The notes: generated from the sequence alone by a model not told the origin. DNA of 64,000 bases from an uncultured Phycisphaerales bacterium (GCA_963758525.1 CAVWVQ010000003.1:3072001-3136000), one strand, 5' to 3'. Counted from the stretch's first letter, positions 39,197-49,740 are shown. Translations and numbers: made by a program.

Positions 39197-39591
39197 ATGT
39201 GGCGAGGGTCGCATAAATTCAGCCGGCTGCGCGGATCAAAGGTGATCTGCGCGTTCCTCCTGGGGTTCCAATTCTTCTTCCTCAATGTCGTTTTGCCGGG
39301 GCACACCCGCGGCGCAGTCACGCTCTCGGGAAAATCTTCGATCGAATCCCTCGGCGATCTCGGTTGTCCATTTTGCGCCCAACCCCATGACCCAAAGAAA
39401 TCGCCGACGCGCCAGGATCAGTCCGACTGCGCGATCTGTCATCTGGCCCTCCGCATCGCGAGCGAAGCCCCGTTCGATTTTCGTCTCACTGATCTGGGCC
39501 TGCTGCGCACGCTCGCGCCGACTGGGCCGGAGTGCGTTCAAGTCGCCGAACCCTTCAGCGGTCTCTTTTGCGCGGCCCGCCGGTGCTCTGA
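39197..39591 (+). CDS. DUF2946-like leader protein (CxxC...RGPP), needing one base restored at ~39570
   Basis: TM; CPFC; DCAICH; alternative frame CGC GGC CCG CCG GTG CTC TGA = RGPPVL*. Confidence 0.7.
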
Positions 39592-39684
39592 ACTCCCATC
39601 AAGACGTGAGCTTTGGCTTTGTTCGCGCTGCCGGCTGTGCGGATGCGGCGGCGCGGTCCTGCATTTTCCCTTGAAGGATTAGTC

Positions 39685-40695
39685 ATGAAACAACTTACAT
39701 ATCTCGCCGTGCTTCTCGCTGCGCTTCTGTTTGCTCGACTTCCTGCCGCGACAGCTCAAACCATCACTTCCGACCAGCCTTCGAGTGCCTATTCGCCTCC
39801 GTCGCTTTCGCTGGAACACAACTCGGGCGAAGACCCGATCTATGCCTGCGCGTGCGGCTGCGCGGTATTCGACGTCGGCACCGGCACCATGCTTCCGCAG
39901 GGAAAGGGAGGCACCGTCTGGTTTGAATGGGATTACTTGAATCAGACAGAAAACTGGCACGGAACGTCCGCCGCGCCCGCCAACGACAATGACGATAAGG
40001 CGATTCGCACCAACTTTTACAAAGTGGGCATGCAATACTTCTTCAACCGCAGTTGGGGGGTGCAGTTGGAGGTGCCGCTGACCGACCGGTATTTCAAGAC
40101 CGCCGACGGCGGCGAACTGTCATCCACCCGGTGGACCGCCCTGGGGGATATCCGCGTCAAAGGCCTTTACACCGGATTCTTCGAGGACATGTCGCTCGGA
40201 ATCGATTTTGGATTGAAGCTGCCCACCGGCGATTACACCCATCCCGGCGCCGATCGTGATACCGACGTGGGAAGCGGAAGCACCGACGCCCTGATCGGCG
40301 GCTATTACCGCCACGATCTGAGTGCCACGGGCAACTGGACGGGTTTTCTCCAGGTCGAGGCGCAAATTCCGTTTCTCACGCGTGATGAGTACCGGCCCGG
40401 CATCGAGCTGAACGGCGCGGCCGGCGTTTATTACGAGGGCTTCTCTCTCCGCGGGATCAAGATCGTGCCGCTCGCGCAACTGATTGTTTCCGCCCGCACC
40501 AGCGATGGCGGCGACAACTCCGCGCACCCGGTCGCCTCGGGATATCAGCGGCTGCTGCTCTCCCCGGGCCTCGAGTTTGATTTTCACCCCTTCATGGTCT
40601 ACGCCGATGCGGAAATTCCCGTCTGGCAATATTTCCGCGGCGATCAGCTCGTCTCGGCGGCGATGTTTAAGGTCATTCTCAGCTACAGCTTTTAG
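39685..40695 (+). CDS. Outer-membrane beta-barrel (transporter-like) protein with N-terminal CACGC motif
   Basis: Signal peptide; YACACGCAVF; GLKLPTG, GSGSTD; C-terminal aromatic LSYSF. Confidence 0.75.
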   Translation: MKQLTYLAVLLAALLFARLPAATAQTITSDQPSSAYSPPSLSLEHNSGEDPIYACACGCAVFDVGTGTMLPQGKGGTVWFEWDYLNQTENWHGTSAAPANDNDDKAIRTNFYKVGMQYFFNRSWGVQLEVPLTDRYFKTADGGELSSTRWTALGDIRVKGLYTGFFEDMSLGIDFGLKLPTGDYTHPGADRDTDVGSGSTDALIGGYYRHDLSATGNWTGFLQVEAQIPFLTRDEYRPGIELNGAAGVYYEGFSLRGIKIVPLAQLIVSARTSDGGDNSAHPVASGYQRLLLSPGLEFDFHPFMVYADAEIPVWQYFRGDQLVSAAMFKVILSYSF

Positions 40696-40712
40696 TCGCT
40701 GAAAACTGAAAA

Positions 40713-41390
40713 CTATTTTCGACCATGGTCGAAATACGTCACCGCAAACTGCGCCAGCGCCGTCGCGTTCGGCACGCCCACTTTCCGCTTAATACGGCTG
40801 CGGTACGTCTCAACCGTTTTAATGCTCCGGTGCAGCGCCCCGGCAATCTCCCGGTTGGACATGCCCTTCGCGATGAACGTGAGGACGCCCAATTCGCTTT
40901 CGCTGAGCCGCTCCACCGGCGATCGCTCCGCAGCGGGTTCGCCATGACTCAGCCGGGAGAGCAGGGCGGTTGAATGCTCCTCGCTGAGATAGATCCGGCC
41001 GCGAAGAATCTGCGAGATCGCTTGCACAAAGTTGCGGACAGGCTCGTTCATCCCGACATATCCGCGGGCGCCCGCGCGAAGGCATCGCTCTGGAAAATCG
41101 GGCATCTCAACGTCACAATAAATCAGCACCTGCAGTTTTGGGGAATGCTTTTTCAGGTCTCGAAGGACGTCAAAGCCGGTGTGGTCCGGGTACTTCATTC
41201 CCAGGACCACCAGGTCGGGCCGAGTGGAGTCGATCAGGCGAAGTCCCTCGTCGGGATCGTCGGTTTCAGCGACGACGCGAAAGATGTCCGCAGCCTCCCC
41301 CGTCGAATGGATGCCCAGCCGGATCATGGGGTAACGGTGAATTACCATAATACCGGTTCGTGGCGCTTTGCCAGTGCTTGTGTCAGTCAT
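40713..41390 (-). CDS. NarL/LuxR-family response regulator with degenerate receiver domain
   Basis: LSESELGVLTFIAKGMSNREIAGALHRSIKTVETYRSRIKRK HTH; receiver-like N-terminus. Confidence 0.88.
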   Translation of the reverse strand: MTDTSTGKAPRTGIMVIHRYPMIRLGIHSTGEAADIFRVVAETDDPDEGLRLIDSTRPDLVVLGMKYPDHTGFDVLRDLKKHSPKLQVLIYCDVEMPDFPERCLRAGARGYVGMNEPVRNFVQAISQILRGRIYLSEEHSTALLSRLSHGEPAAERSPVERLSESELGVLTFIAKGMSNREIAGALHRSIKTVETYRSRIKRKVGVPNATALAQFAVTYFDHGRK

Positions 41391-41553
41391 CGCAATGCTC
41401 CTGTCTTGCCCGTAGCCTGCGTGAATCAGCGATGATCTGCACTGGCAGAGCGTTTCACCCAAACGGGGAGATCATCTGCATAAGCGACTACCTAAAGCGG
41501 TGACTGGGCGACTTCCTGCTTGCAACTCGAAACAAAAGAAGTATCCGAAAGAA

Positions 41554-41602
41554 TGTGACGCAAGTCACAGAGTGGTGTCATCCGTGTGTGATTTAAATCA
41601 CG
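41554..41602. promoter_or_regulatory. Two CRP-family consensus sites
   Basis: TGTGA-cgcaag-TCACA (41554-41569) and TGTGA-tttaaa-TCACG (41587-41602). Confidence 0.7.
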
Positions 41603-41698
41603 AACGGAGAACTCTTCAGTGCGGCTCACGGCGTGCTGATAGAACTGACGGAGGATCGCGCGACTGCCGCAAAGATCCAACATTCCCGGGCATCGGAC

Positions 41699-42094
41699 AT
41701 GGGCAACTCAAACCCATCTTCACTCAATGATTCCAGCATCGAATCGCAACGCGGCGATGCCGGGGTGCAGTTCGGACTGGCTTTGATCACCATTGTCACG
41801 CCCGCGAAAGCCACGCCATCGGTGAGTCATGCGAAAAGCACCTCGCTCAGCGTGCTCGGGGATGATGTCGTGGGTGAGTCGCTGTTGCGCTACACCTGGG
41901 CGGTCGTCGCAGGGCCGTCCTCGGCAGAAGTCCATTTTCCCCAAAACGGCTGCAACGCTGCAAAGAACATCACCGTCACCTTCTCCCAGCCAGGCCGATA
42001 CACCTTCGCCTGTACAATCTCGAACGGGCTGATCGGCATCGTCAGCAGCGTTGAGGTTCTCGTGGAAGAGCAGATCGCACAGTTGGCCGCCTGA
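41699..42094 (+). CDS. Stand-alone PKD/Ig-like domain protein
   Basis: LSVLGDD..GESLLRYTW...NGCNAAKNITVTFSQPGRYTF; no signal peptide; start uncertain. Confidence 0.6.
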   Translation: MGNSNPSSLNDSSIESQRGDAGVQFGLALITIVTPAKATPSVSHAKSTSLSVLGDDVVGESLLRYTWAVVAGPSSAEVHFPQNGCNAAKNITVTFSQPGRYTFACTISNGLIGIVSSVEVLVEEQIAQLAA

Positions 42095-42154
42095 GGGGAC
42101 CGCGCGAATAACTTGCTCAAACTGCTGTCGAAGCAAGCAAAGGGCGATTCCCCT

Positions 42155-42209
42155 GTAGCACAGCCGTCTCGGCTGTGATTTGGGGCCACAGCCGAGACAA
42201 CTGTCCTAC
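42155..42209. repeat. GTAG-type REP doublet
   Basis: gtagcacagccgtctcggctgtg ... cacagccgagacaactgtcctac. Confidence 0.8.
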
Positions 42210-42275
42210 GTAATTGCGGCACTTAATCGGTTCGAAATTGATCAAGTTATTCGTGCGCGAGCATTGAGCGCCCTC

Positions 42276-42773
42276 TCACTTCGTTAACGCGGCAATTTGC
42301 ACGTCCGGCAACAGAGCGCGCACCCACCCCAGCTCCTGCCCGATCACCTGGCGTCGATACCCAAAGATTGCCAAAAGCTGCCGGCGAACGCTCAGCGCGT
42401 GTGCGACCCGATCCAACGGCCAAAAGGGCAGGGCATACATCACGCGATCGGAGCACTCGGTTCCCTCTTCGACTTCGGCAAATGTGTGATGATGATGCCA
42501 CAGCCGGTATGGCCCGCGAATCTGCAGATCGATGAATTGCGTCGGCGGCTGCCAGTGGATGATGCGGGTGCGCCAACGGATCGGCAGGAAATTCCAGCGG
42601 ATCGTGTAATCGATCAGCGAGTCGTTTTGCAAATGGATCGGCTGGGGCGTTTGCACCGAGAATTTCAGCCAGGGAGGCGTGATGCGCGGCAGGTTTTCCG
42701 CCGACGAAAAAAACGACCACGTGTGCGCCAGATCGGCCGAGACAATGAATCGATCCGTCAGTTCGTAATACAT
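42276..42773 (-). CDS. SRPBCC-family protein
   Basis: WSFFSSAENLPRITPPW, FIDLQIRGPYRLWHHHH, IFGYRR. Confidence 0.88.
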   Translation of the reverse strand: MYYELTDRFIVSADLAHTWSFFSSAENLPRITPPWLKFSVQTPQPIHLQNDSLIDYTIRWNFLPIRWRTRIIHWQPPTQFIDLQIRGPYRLWHHHHTFAEVEEGTECSDRVMYALPFWPLDRVAHALSVRRQLLAIFGYRRQVIGQELGWVRALLPDVQIAALTK

Positions 42774-42841
42774 GCTCTTTACTTTTAGGAGGGCTGGCTT
42801 AATGTCCTGCTGCTTTCAGTGGATTTGAACGGAGTTTCACC

Positions 42842-44062
42842 ATGCAGCAGCAGCAACAGCCGCCGAAAAAAATCGTCCTCGCCTACAGCGGCGGGCTCGA
42901 CACCAGCGTCATTCTCCCCTGGCTCAAGGACCGGTATCCGGGCGTGAAGCTCGTCGCGTTTGCCGCGGAACTCGGGCAGGGGGACGAGCTGAAGGGCATC
43001 GAAGACAAAGCTCGCAAGAGCGGCGCGGATGAAGTGGTCATCAAAGATCTGCGCGGCGAGTTCGCCGATGATTTCTGCCTGCCAATGCTTCGCGCTCACG
43101 CGATTTACGAAAATGACTATCTGCTGGGGACGAGCATCGCGCGCCCGATCATCGCCAAGCATCAGGTGGAAGTCGCCCGCGCTACCAACGCCGATGCGGT
43201 TGGACACGGCGCAACGTCGAAGGGGAACGATCAGGTGCGCTTCGAGCTGACGTACATGTCATTGGCCCCGGAACTGAAGATCATTGCGCCCTGGAAAGAT
43301 CCCAGTTTCGAGCTGCGCGACCGCGAAAGCGCGATCGACTACGCCAACAAAAAGGGTGTTCCCGTCGAGCAGTCAAAAAAGAAGATTTACTCGCGCGACC
43401 GCAATCTCTGGCACATCAGCCACGAGGGCGCGGATCTGGAGTCGCCGGCGAATGAGCCGAAGGACGACCTCTGGCTGATCTCCGTTCCCGTCTCACAGGC
43501 GCCCGATGCGCCCGAATACGTCTCAATCGATTTCCGCGGCGGAAATCCCATCGCGCTCAACGGCAGGGAAATGCCCGCCGCCGAGCTGATTGCGGCGTTA
43601 AACACGATCGGCGGGAAACACGCCGTGGGGCAAACCCAGCTCGCCGAAAATCGCCTGGTCGGCATGAAGTCGCGCGGCGCCTACGAGACGCCCGGCGGAA
43701 CGATCCTCTACGAAGCCCACAAGGCGTTGGAGCAGATCACGATCGAGCGTGACACGTTTCATTACAAGCAGCAGGTGGCCCTTCGCTACGCTGAGATGGT
43801 CTACAACGGCCAGTGGTTTCACCCCTTGCGAGAAGCGCTGCAGGCATTTGTCGACCACACCCAGGCCGCCGTGACCGGGCAGGTGAAAGTGAAGCTCTTC
43901 AAAGGCCGCGCGACCGCCGCCGGTGTCACCAGTCCGCATTCGCTCTACGATCCGCAGTTGGCGAGTTTCAGCATGGAAGGGTACGACGTGACCGCCGCCC
44001 GCGGCTTCATCGATTTGTACGGCCTGCCGATGAAAGTCGCCTCGCAAGTTCGCAAGTGGTGA
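42842..44062 (+). CDS. argG: Argininosuccinate synthase
   Basis: VLAYSGGLDTS, LGTSIARP, HGATSKGNDQVRFE, YSRDRNLWHISHEG, ENRLVGMKSRGAYETPGG. Confidence 0.98.
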   Translation: MQQQQQPPKKIVLAYSGGLDTSVILPWLKDRYPGVKLVAFAAELGQGDELKGIEDKARKSGADEVVIKDLRGEFADDFCLPMLRAHAIYENDYLLGTSIARPIIAKHQVEVARATNADAVGHGATSKGNDQVRFELTYMSLAPELKIIAPWKDPSFELRDRESAIDYANKKGVPVEQSKKKIYSRDRNLWHISHEGADLESPANEPKDDLWLISVPVSQAPDAPEYVSIDFRGGNPIALNGREMPAAELIAALNTIGGKHAVGQTQLAENRLVGMKSRGAYETPGGTILYEAHKALEQITIERDTFHYKQQVALRYAEMVYNGQWFHPLREALQAFVDHTQAAVTGQVKVKLFKGRATAAGVTSPHSLYDPQLASFSMEGYDVTAARGFIDLYGLPMKVASQVRKW

Positions 44063-44101
44063 ACGATTGAATTGTGGTGCACGCTTCCAAGCTGCACCAA
44101 C

Positions 44102-44176
44102 GTAGGGTCCGCTCGGCGGGCACCGAGTGATCATTCATCTGGAAACAAGCGCGGTCGCCCGCCGTGCGGACCATCC
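44102..44176. repeat. Degenerate GTAG-type REP doublet
   Basis: gtagggtccgctcggcgggcacc ... ggtcgcccgccgtgcggacc. Confidence 0.6.
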
Positions 44177-44218
44177 TCGGAGTTCGCGGGAATTCCCCGT
44201 CTCACGTATGAATCACTG

Positions 44219-45070
44219 ATGCAAATTGCCATTCGCGACGCCTGCGTTCCGCTTGCTCCCGGCCGACATCTTCTCGACGTGCTCGCCGAGCTTGGCATCG
44301 CGTCGGTCGAGTTGCTGCTCGATTCCGAGCTGAGCGTTCCTTCGCTCCAGCTTTCCCTCAGGGACGCCGTCGCCGTACACTCCCTTCGGGAACAGCTTGC
44401 CATCCGCGGTATAAACGTTTGTGCATTGCTGCTGGGAACCGATTTTTCCGGGCCCGCTTCCGAAGCGCACGTTCAGTGGGCGATCGGGGCTGCGCATCTT
44501 GCCCGGGAACTCGGCGCCCCCGTCATCCGCATCGACGCACACACTCCCGACAGGTCGCTGCCATCGCAGACCGTTCGCGACAACATGATCCGCTGCGCCA
44601 GCAGGATTCTGGCTGAAACCGCCGGTACCGGCATCGATCTCGGGTTGGAAAATCACGCATTCTTCTCCAACGATCCGGAGTTTCTCGACGCGGTCTTCGA
44701 TTCCGTCGACGATCCACGCCTCGGCCTCACTCTCGACACGGGCAACTTCTACTGGTTCGGCTGCCCGCTCGATGAGCTCTACGCGCTGTTCGAGAAATAC
44801 GCGGCCCGCGTGAAACACACCCACATCAAAAGCATTCATTTCCCTCCGGAGATGGCCCGCCAGCGCCGCCCGATTGGCTGGGAGTATGGTCAATTTCGCT
44901 GCCCGCTGGACGAGGGAGACATCGATCTGTCGCGCGTCGTGGGCATTCTCCGGAACGCGGGCTATTCCCGCACGCTCTGCATCGAAAACGAAGCGCTCAG
45001 CAAATTCAACGAAGCCGAGCGGTTGGACGTGATTCGCCGCGACGTGCAAGCGCTTCGCCGAGCGATGTGA
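44219..45070 (+). CDS. Sugar phosphate isomerase/epimerase (xylose-isomerase-like TIM barrel)
   Basis: LGLENH, LTLDTGNF, HTHIK, LDEGDID, LCIENE. Confidence 0.88.
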   Translation: MQIAIRDACVPLAPGRHLLDVLAELGIASVELLLDSELSVPSLQLSLRDAVAVHSLREQLAIRGINVCALLLGTDFSGPASEAHVQWAIGAAHLARELGAPVIRIDAHTPDRSLPSQTVRDNMIRCASRILAETAGTGIDLGLENHAFFSNDPEFLDAVFDSVDDPRLGLTLDTGNFYWFGCPLDELYALFEKYAARVKHTHIKSIHFPPEMARQRRPIGWEYGQFRCPLDEGDIDLSRVVGILRNAGYSRTLCIENEALSKFNEAERLDVIRRDVQALRRAM

Positions 45071-45185
45071 AGCGTCCCCGCAGCGGCCTGCCGGCCCGGC
45101 TGGTTTACCCGTGCGAAATCACGTTAAGCCCAGGTATTTCTGCGCAATCCTTGGCGTTGTGTGTGAGAAGCGTGGCGCCGTGACG

Positions 45186-46393
45186 TCACTTGGGCGCGGC
45201 GGGCAACGTGAGATCCGCCGTCACGGTGATCGATGCGTCATCCCGAAAAATCTTGATCGGCGTCTTGCCGTCGCAGGCGGCCATCGCCGCGGCCAGCGAA
45301 CTGACATCCGAGACAGGTTCCCCATGGAACGACTCAAATAGATCGCCGGACTTGATGCCGGCCTTCTCGGCAGGGGAATCTGGAAGCACTCTTTCGACGC
45401 ATACCGCGCGGTGTTGATTGCGTCCGGCGTCGGCGAGGATCACTTCGCGGATCACCACGCCCAGCGTCGGGCGGCGGACCGCGCCGTGTTGTGCGATTTC
45501 ATTGGCAATCAGACGGCAGGCGGAGCCGCTGAGCATTTCGCCGGCGCGCGCGACGCCGGCCAAATGACCGTCGGTCGCCAAGACGTATCCCCAGTCGTGC
45601 TCGCCGCCTGTCCAGACACCCAGCCGCGCGGCTCCATCGATCGGTGAAACAAACAGACAGACCGAGCCCACGTCAATGCGATCTCCCAGCGGCATCGGCT
45701 TGCCGGGGGCGCCGTCGACCTGCACTATTGTGACGTTCGTCTGCCGGTCCGATCCGACATATTTCGCTTCGAGAATCTTGCCGTTCCCGTCGGCAAGCCT
45801 GATCGGCTGCGCCGCGCAGGTCTCGCGTTCGACATATATCGGCACCAGCACGTGCCCTTTGTCGTCGAGCACCAGCCCGACATGAGTCGCCGCAAAATCC
45901 GAGGGGGGCGCGGCATTCATATGCAACGGTCCGCCCGGCGCGCCCGGCGGCGGCGCCTCCTGCTGCTGCGGCGGTTGAACGACGATGATTGTGCCGGGCT
46001 GCGTCGTCGAGGGTTGCGTGTCGGGGTTGGCGCCGGCGGGTGGCTGCGCTTGGATCACGTAGCTGCCGTTCGGATAGAAACGGATCGTGGCCTGACTATT
46101 TGAGGAGAAGGAGTTTTGCCGCTGCTGCTCGGCAATGCGCTGCTTCACCGCCGGATCGAGCTGCTGATATTTATTGATGGGGGCAAGGGTGTAATCATTG
46201 ACCCATTGCGGCGCAGGCAACTGAACGTGCAGCATGCTGCTCTGCGCCTGCTGATAGAGCGAGTGAACCTCGCGGTCCAGTTCCTCCAGCGCGGGCGCGT
46301 CGCGGGCGCGTCGTCAGCGCGAACTTGCAGCGCTGCCATGCAAAAAGACGCCGCCGCGGCCAGGCAGATTCGGGTTGTTCGGGCGAAGTGCAT
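45186..46393 (-). CDS. HtrA/DegP-like PDZ protein with degenerate protease domain; frameshifted ~46290
   Basis: Signal peptide; GLVLDDKGHVLVP; AKYVGSDRQTNVTIVQV; PDZ RPTLGV...VLPDSPAEKAGIKSGD. Confidence 0.78.
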
Positions 46394-46404
46394 CAATCTG
46401 TTCT

Positions 46405-47013
46405 TTAGAAATGGTCGGACACCAGCGTCACGTGCCCGTTCTCCACATCCTGTTGCCGTTCCACGACCTTCCCGAGGTCCTGCGCGAAGTGCTGGGCCTC
46501 TTCCAGCTTGTTGAACTTCTGCACCGCGAGCACTTTTCCGCTGTCGTCAGTCAGTTCCACCTGATAGGCGCCGGCAGGCAGATCGCTTGCCGGCTGGCTG
46601 ACAAACTGAATCTGCCGTTGCGGAGCGGGGGCCAGCGTGCTGACCGCGACGGGCGTTTGGCCAGGTTGTGCGCCGGGAGCGCGCCCCCACATGTACCAAC
46701 CGCCGCCAAGCCCGACGAGGATGCACGCCGCCGCTGCGCCGCCGACGCGGGTGAACCACGACACGCTCGACATCAGCCGCTGCCGGCGGCAGTTGCGGAC
46801 GACTTTCGCGGCGAACGCGCTGGCTTCGGTTTCGCCCGGCTCCAGCGACTCCCAAACCGCCATGCGGGCGCGGCGTTGCTTCCGCAGGGAGTCCAGGGCC
46901 GCGGTCAACGCCGGGTCGTCGGTCAACCGCCTGCTGATGCGCTCCACCTCGTCGGACGAAAGGGCGTCGTCGAGATACGCTTCCAGAAGTTCTTCGTCTT
47001 GCTCACTGAACAT
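46405..47013 (-). CDS. Anti-sigma factor (single TM)
   Basis: ELLEAYLDDALSSDE; TM GAAAACILVGLGGGW; directly follows ECF sigma. Confidence 0.8.
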   Translation of the reverse strand: MFSEQDEELLEAYLDDALSSDEVERISRRLTDDPALTAALDSLRKQRRARMAVWESLEPGETEASAFAAKVVRNCRRQRLMSSVSWFTRVGGAAAACILVGLGGGWYMWGRAPGAQPGQTPVAVSTLAPAPQRQIQFVSQPASDLPAGAYQVELTDDSGKVLAVQKFNKLEEAQHFAQDLGKVVERQQDVENGHVTLVSDHF

Positions 47014-47123
47014 GATGACTCAGCCGATCTGTACAAGTGCACCGGCGCGAGCGCTGGTGCGGGTAAAACGCCGCCCTTTGGGCGGCCGCTAAACAGTGGT
47101 GGACCTTGCATCGCGCAAGATGT

Positions 47124-47659
47124 CTATTCCTTTCCTATCTTGTGCTTCACATTGTTGTCCTTTTCGCCGCCGAGCATCTGCGCCAGTTGCCGCCGGGCGC
47201 GGTGAATCCAGGTTTTCACCTGCGGAATGCTCGCCCCCAATTCTTCGGCGATCTGCGTATACGGCATATTCTCGTACTCACACAAAACCAGCGCCGCACG
47301 GAAGTTTTCCGGGAGCCGATCGATTGCGGCCCGCACCTCTGAGACCGTTTCGCGATCGATCATCGCTCCCAGAGGTGAATCGGAGCGGCCCGGCTGCTCG
47401 TCGCCGACGGTCCCCATGCGGGGACGACGCAGGATGCGCAACGCTTCGTTGACCACCGACCGTCGCAGAAGTCCCCCCGGGTCGCGCCAATCGTAGCGCG
47501 ACCGGTGCTCGTACAGGTTCGTCAGCGCCTGCTGCACCACGTCTTCAGGCGACGTTCGCGTGCCGACAATCCCGCGCCAACGGCCAAAAGCCGGCGGGAG
47601 TGCGTTTGCACCGCCCGCTCGAACAGTTTGTCGACCTCCGCGCTCTCAGCCAGTGACAC
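47124..47659 (-). CDS. ECF RNA polymerase sigma factor; frameshifted ~47578
   Basis: PEDVVQQAL...VVNEALR; region 4 LPENFRAALVLCEYENMPYTQIAEELGASIPQVKTWIHRARRQL. Confidence 0.88.
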
Positions 47660-47934
47660 GCGCCAGCTCCGTTGAAGTTTCAGCCCGACGCAGGGTGTAC
47701 CGCGTCCGATAGAAACATGGGTGTAAGCCCGTCAGTGCATCTTATTCCGGTTTCACGGCGTATGTAACGGGCTGATCTGCTGAGAACGGTATCGCGGATT
47801 TGGAAAGAAAGCGCGGTTATGAAACCGTTCTTGCGCGTTTTGATGGCGGCGGTCGAATTGGGTGTGCTTCCCGACCCCCACCGCCGTGGCTTGCCCTTCG
47901 CGGACTGCTATTAGTGTCGGCTACACTTGCAGGC

Positions 47935-49058
47935 ATGAGCAAAATCCTTGTCTGCTCCGCTGCGGTCGGCGCAGGGCACATGCGGGCGGCCCAGGCGGTC
48001 GAACTGGCGCTGCGGGAGCTGGCGCCGCGGGCCGACGTTCAAAACGTCGACGTTCTGTCGCTGACGAACGCCGCCTTTCGGCGAGTGTACGGGAAGACCT
48101 ATCTCGATCTGGTGAACCGGGCGCCGCACGTGCTAGGCTACTTCTACGATATGATGGACCGACCGCGCCCGGCCGACTCCAAACGCGACAAGGTTCGACT
48201 CCTCCTCGAGAAGGCCAACGTCAAACGGCTCACCGAAATGCTGCTCGACGGCGCGTGGGACGTGATCGTCAATACCCACTTTCTCCCCGCGGAGTTGATC
48301 GCGAGTCTGCGGCGCGGCAAAAAAACCCGCGTCCCGCAGGTGATCGTGACCACGGATTTTGAAACCCATCGGCTCTGGGTAAACGAGCCTTGCGAAATGT
48401 ACACGACGGCCACCGACGAGGGCTCGGCCTATCTGCACCACTGGGGCGTGAGCGAAGACCGCCTCGCCGTCACCGGAATTCCGATCCATCCCGTGTTCAG
48501 CCAGAAGAAGGACCGCGGCAAATGTCTTGCCGCCCACGGACTGACCGGCGATCGGCCGATCGTACTGCAAGTGGCGGGGGGATTCGGCGTTGGGCCGATC
48601 GAAAAGCTTTACCGCGGAATACTGGAGGTCGAGCAGCCATTGGAAGTGGTGGTCGTCGCGGGGCGCAATGAAAAAGCGCAACGCAGCTCGACCAGGTCAA
48701 GCCTCCGGCGCGTCATCGCGTGAAGGTGCTGGGCTTTACGACGCAGATCGACGAACTCATGGCGGTCGCGGATGTGGTGATGAGCAAGCCAGGCGGGCTG
48801 ACCACTTCAGAAGTGCTCGCTCGCGGCGCGGCCATGGTGATCGTCAATCCGATCCCCGGGCAGGAGAGCCGCAACAGCGATTTTCTGCTGGAGAATGGCG
48901 CCGCGATCAAGATCAACAATCTGGGAACGATGAAGATGAAGTTGGAGGCGCTGCTCTCAGATGCCTCGCGGCTGCGAACGATGAAAGCGAATGCGCTGAA
49001 GCTGGCGAAGCCGCAAGCGGCGTTCGAAGTGGCGCGGATTGCGCTGCGATACGTGTAA
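47935..49058 (+). CDS. MGDG synthase/UgtP-like diacylglycerol glycosyltransferase (GT28); frameshifted ~48685
   Basis: SAAVGAGHMRAA, NTHFLP, TTDFETHRLW, TGIPI, GGFGVG, KPGGLTTSE, PIPGQESRN. Confidence 0.88.
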
Positions 49059-49069
49059 GCCGCAACCCA

Positions 49070-49480
49070 CTACGCTTCAGGCAGCGGATGATCTTTCAGG
49101 AATTGAAACAGGCGCATGATGCGAATACCCCGCCACGGATCCAGTACAAGCAGATCCTGGTCTTCGGTTAAGACGATGTCCACCGAACCTGCCAGCGCTA
49201 GCGCCAGCACATAGTTATCGTCAGGATCGCGGCAATCTCCGGCGGCATCCAAGTTCGACGTCACCGCATGGCCATATCGCTGCATGCGATCCACAAGCTC
49301 TTCCACTGCCTCCGGCGCAATCTCCAGTCTGGGTCGCGCAGCTACGTCGCGAAGTTCGAGAAACTGCTCTTGGTGATACATGAGCAGATGCGTGAGCGGC
49401 GCAAGCTTGAAGAATTGCCGTGCAGGCCCCGGCGAGCGCAGGGCGCGAATCATCAGATTCGTGTCAACCACCAACCGCAC
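49070..49480 (-). CDS. PIN-domain (VapC-like) toxin
   Basis: MRLVVDTN, CRDPDDNYVLALA, LTEDQDLL. Confidence 0.9.
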   Translation of the reverse strand: MRLVVDTNLMIRALRSPGPARQFFKLAPLTHLLMYHQEQFLELRDVAARPRLEIAPEAVEELVDRMQRYGHAVTSNLDAAGDCRDPDDNYVLALALAGSVDIVLTEDQDLLVLDPWRGIRIMRLFQFLKDHPLPEA

Positions 49481-49706
49481 GCTGACGGTCCTCCCGCCGC
49501 TGCCGGCGAACTGCGTCCACTTCCGCCTGGATTTGCTCGTCCGTCAGCTCCCCCGGCGATCCACGTCTCCGGTCAGAATCGGAGAGCGCTGCCTCGAACC
49601 TTTCGGCAAGGAGACCATCCAACAACGATCGGCGCTCCTCCGGCGAAAGCTGTCGAGCCAAGTCCCGGAGTTGATCGACCGTAATGGAAATTGTCAAACT
49701 GGCCAT
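49464..49706 (-). CDS. Putative antitoxin for PIN toxin
   Basis: Small ORF overlapping PIN start; LSPEERRSLL, LTDEQIQAEVDAVR. Confidence 0.75.
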   Translation of the reverse strand: MASLTISITVDQLRDLARQLSPEERRSLLDGLLAERFEAALSDSDRRRGSPGELTDEQIQAEVDAVRRQRREDRQRAVGG

Positions 49707-49740
49707 AACATCCGAAGCGTAGCGTCGGGGGTGAAAGCGA

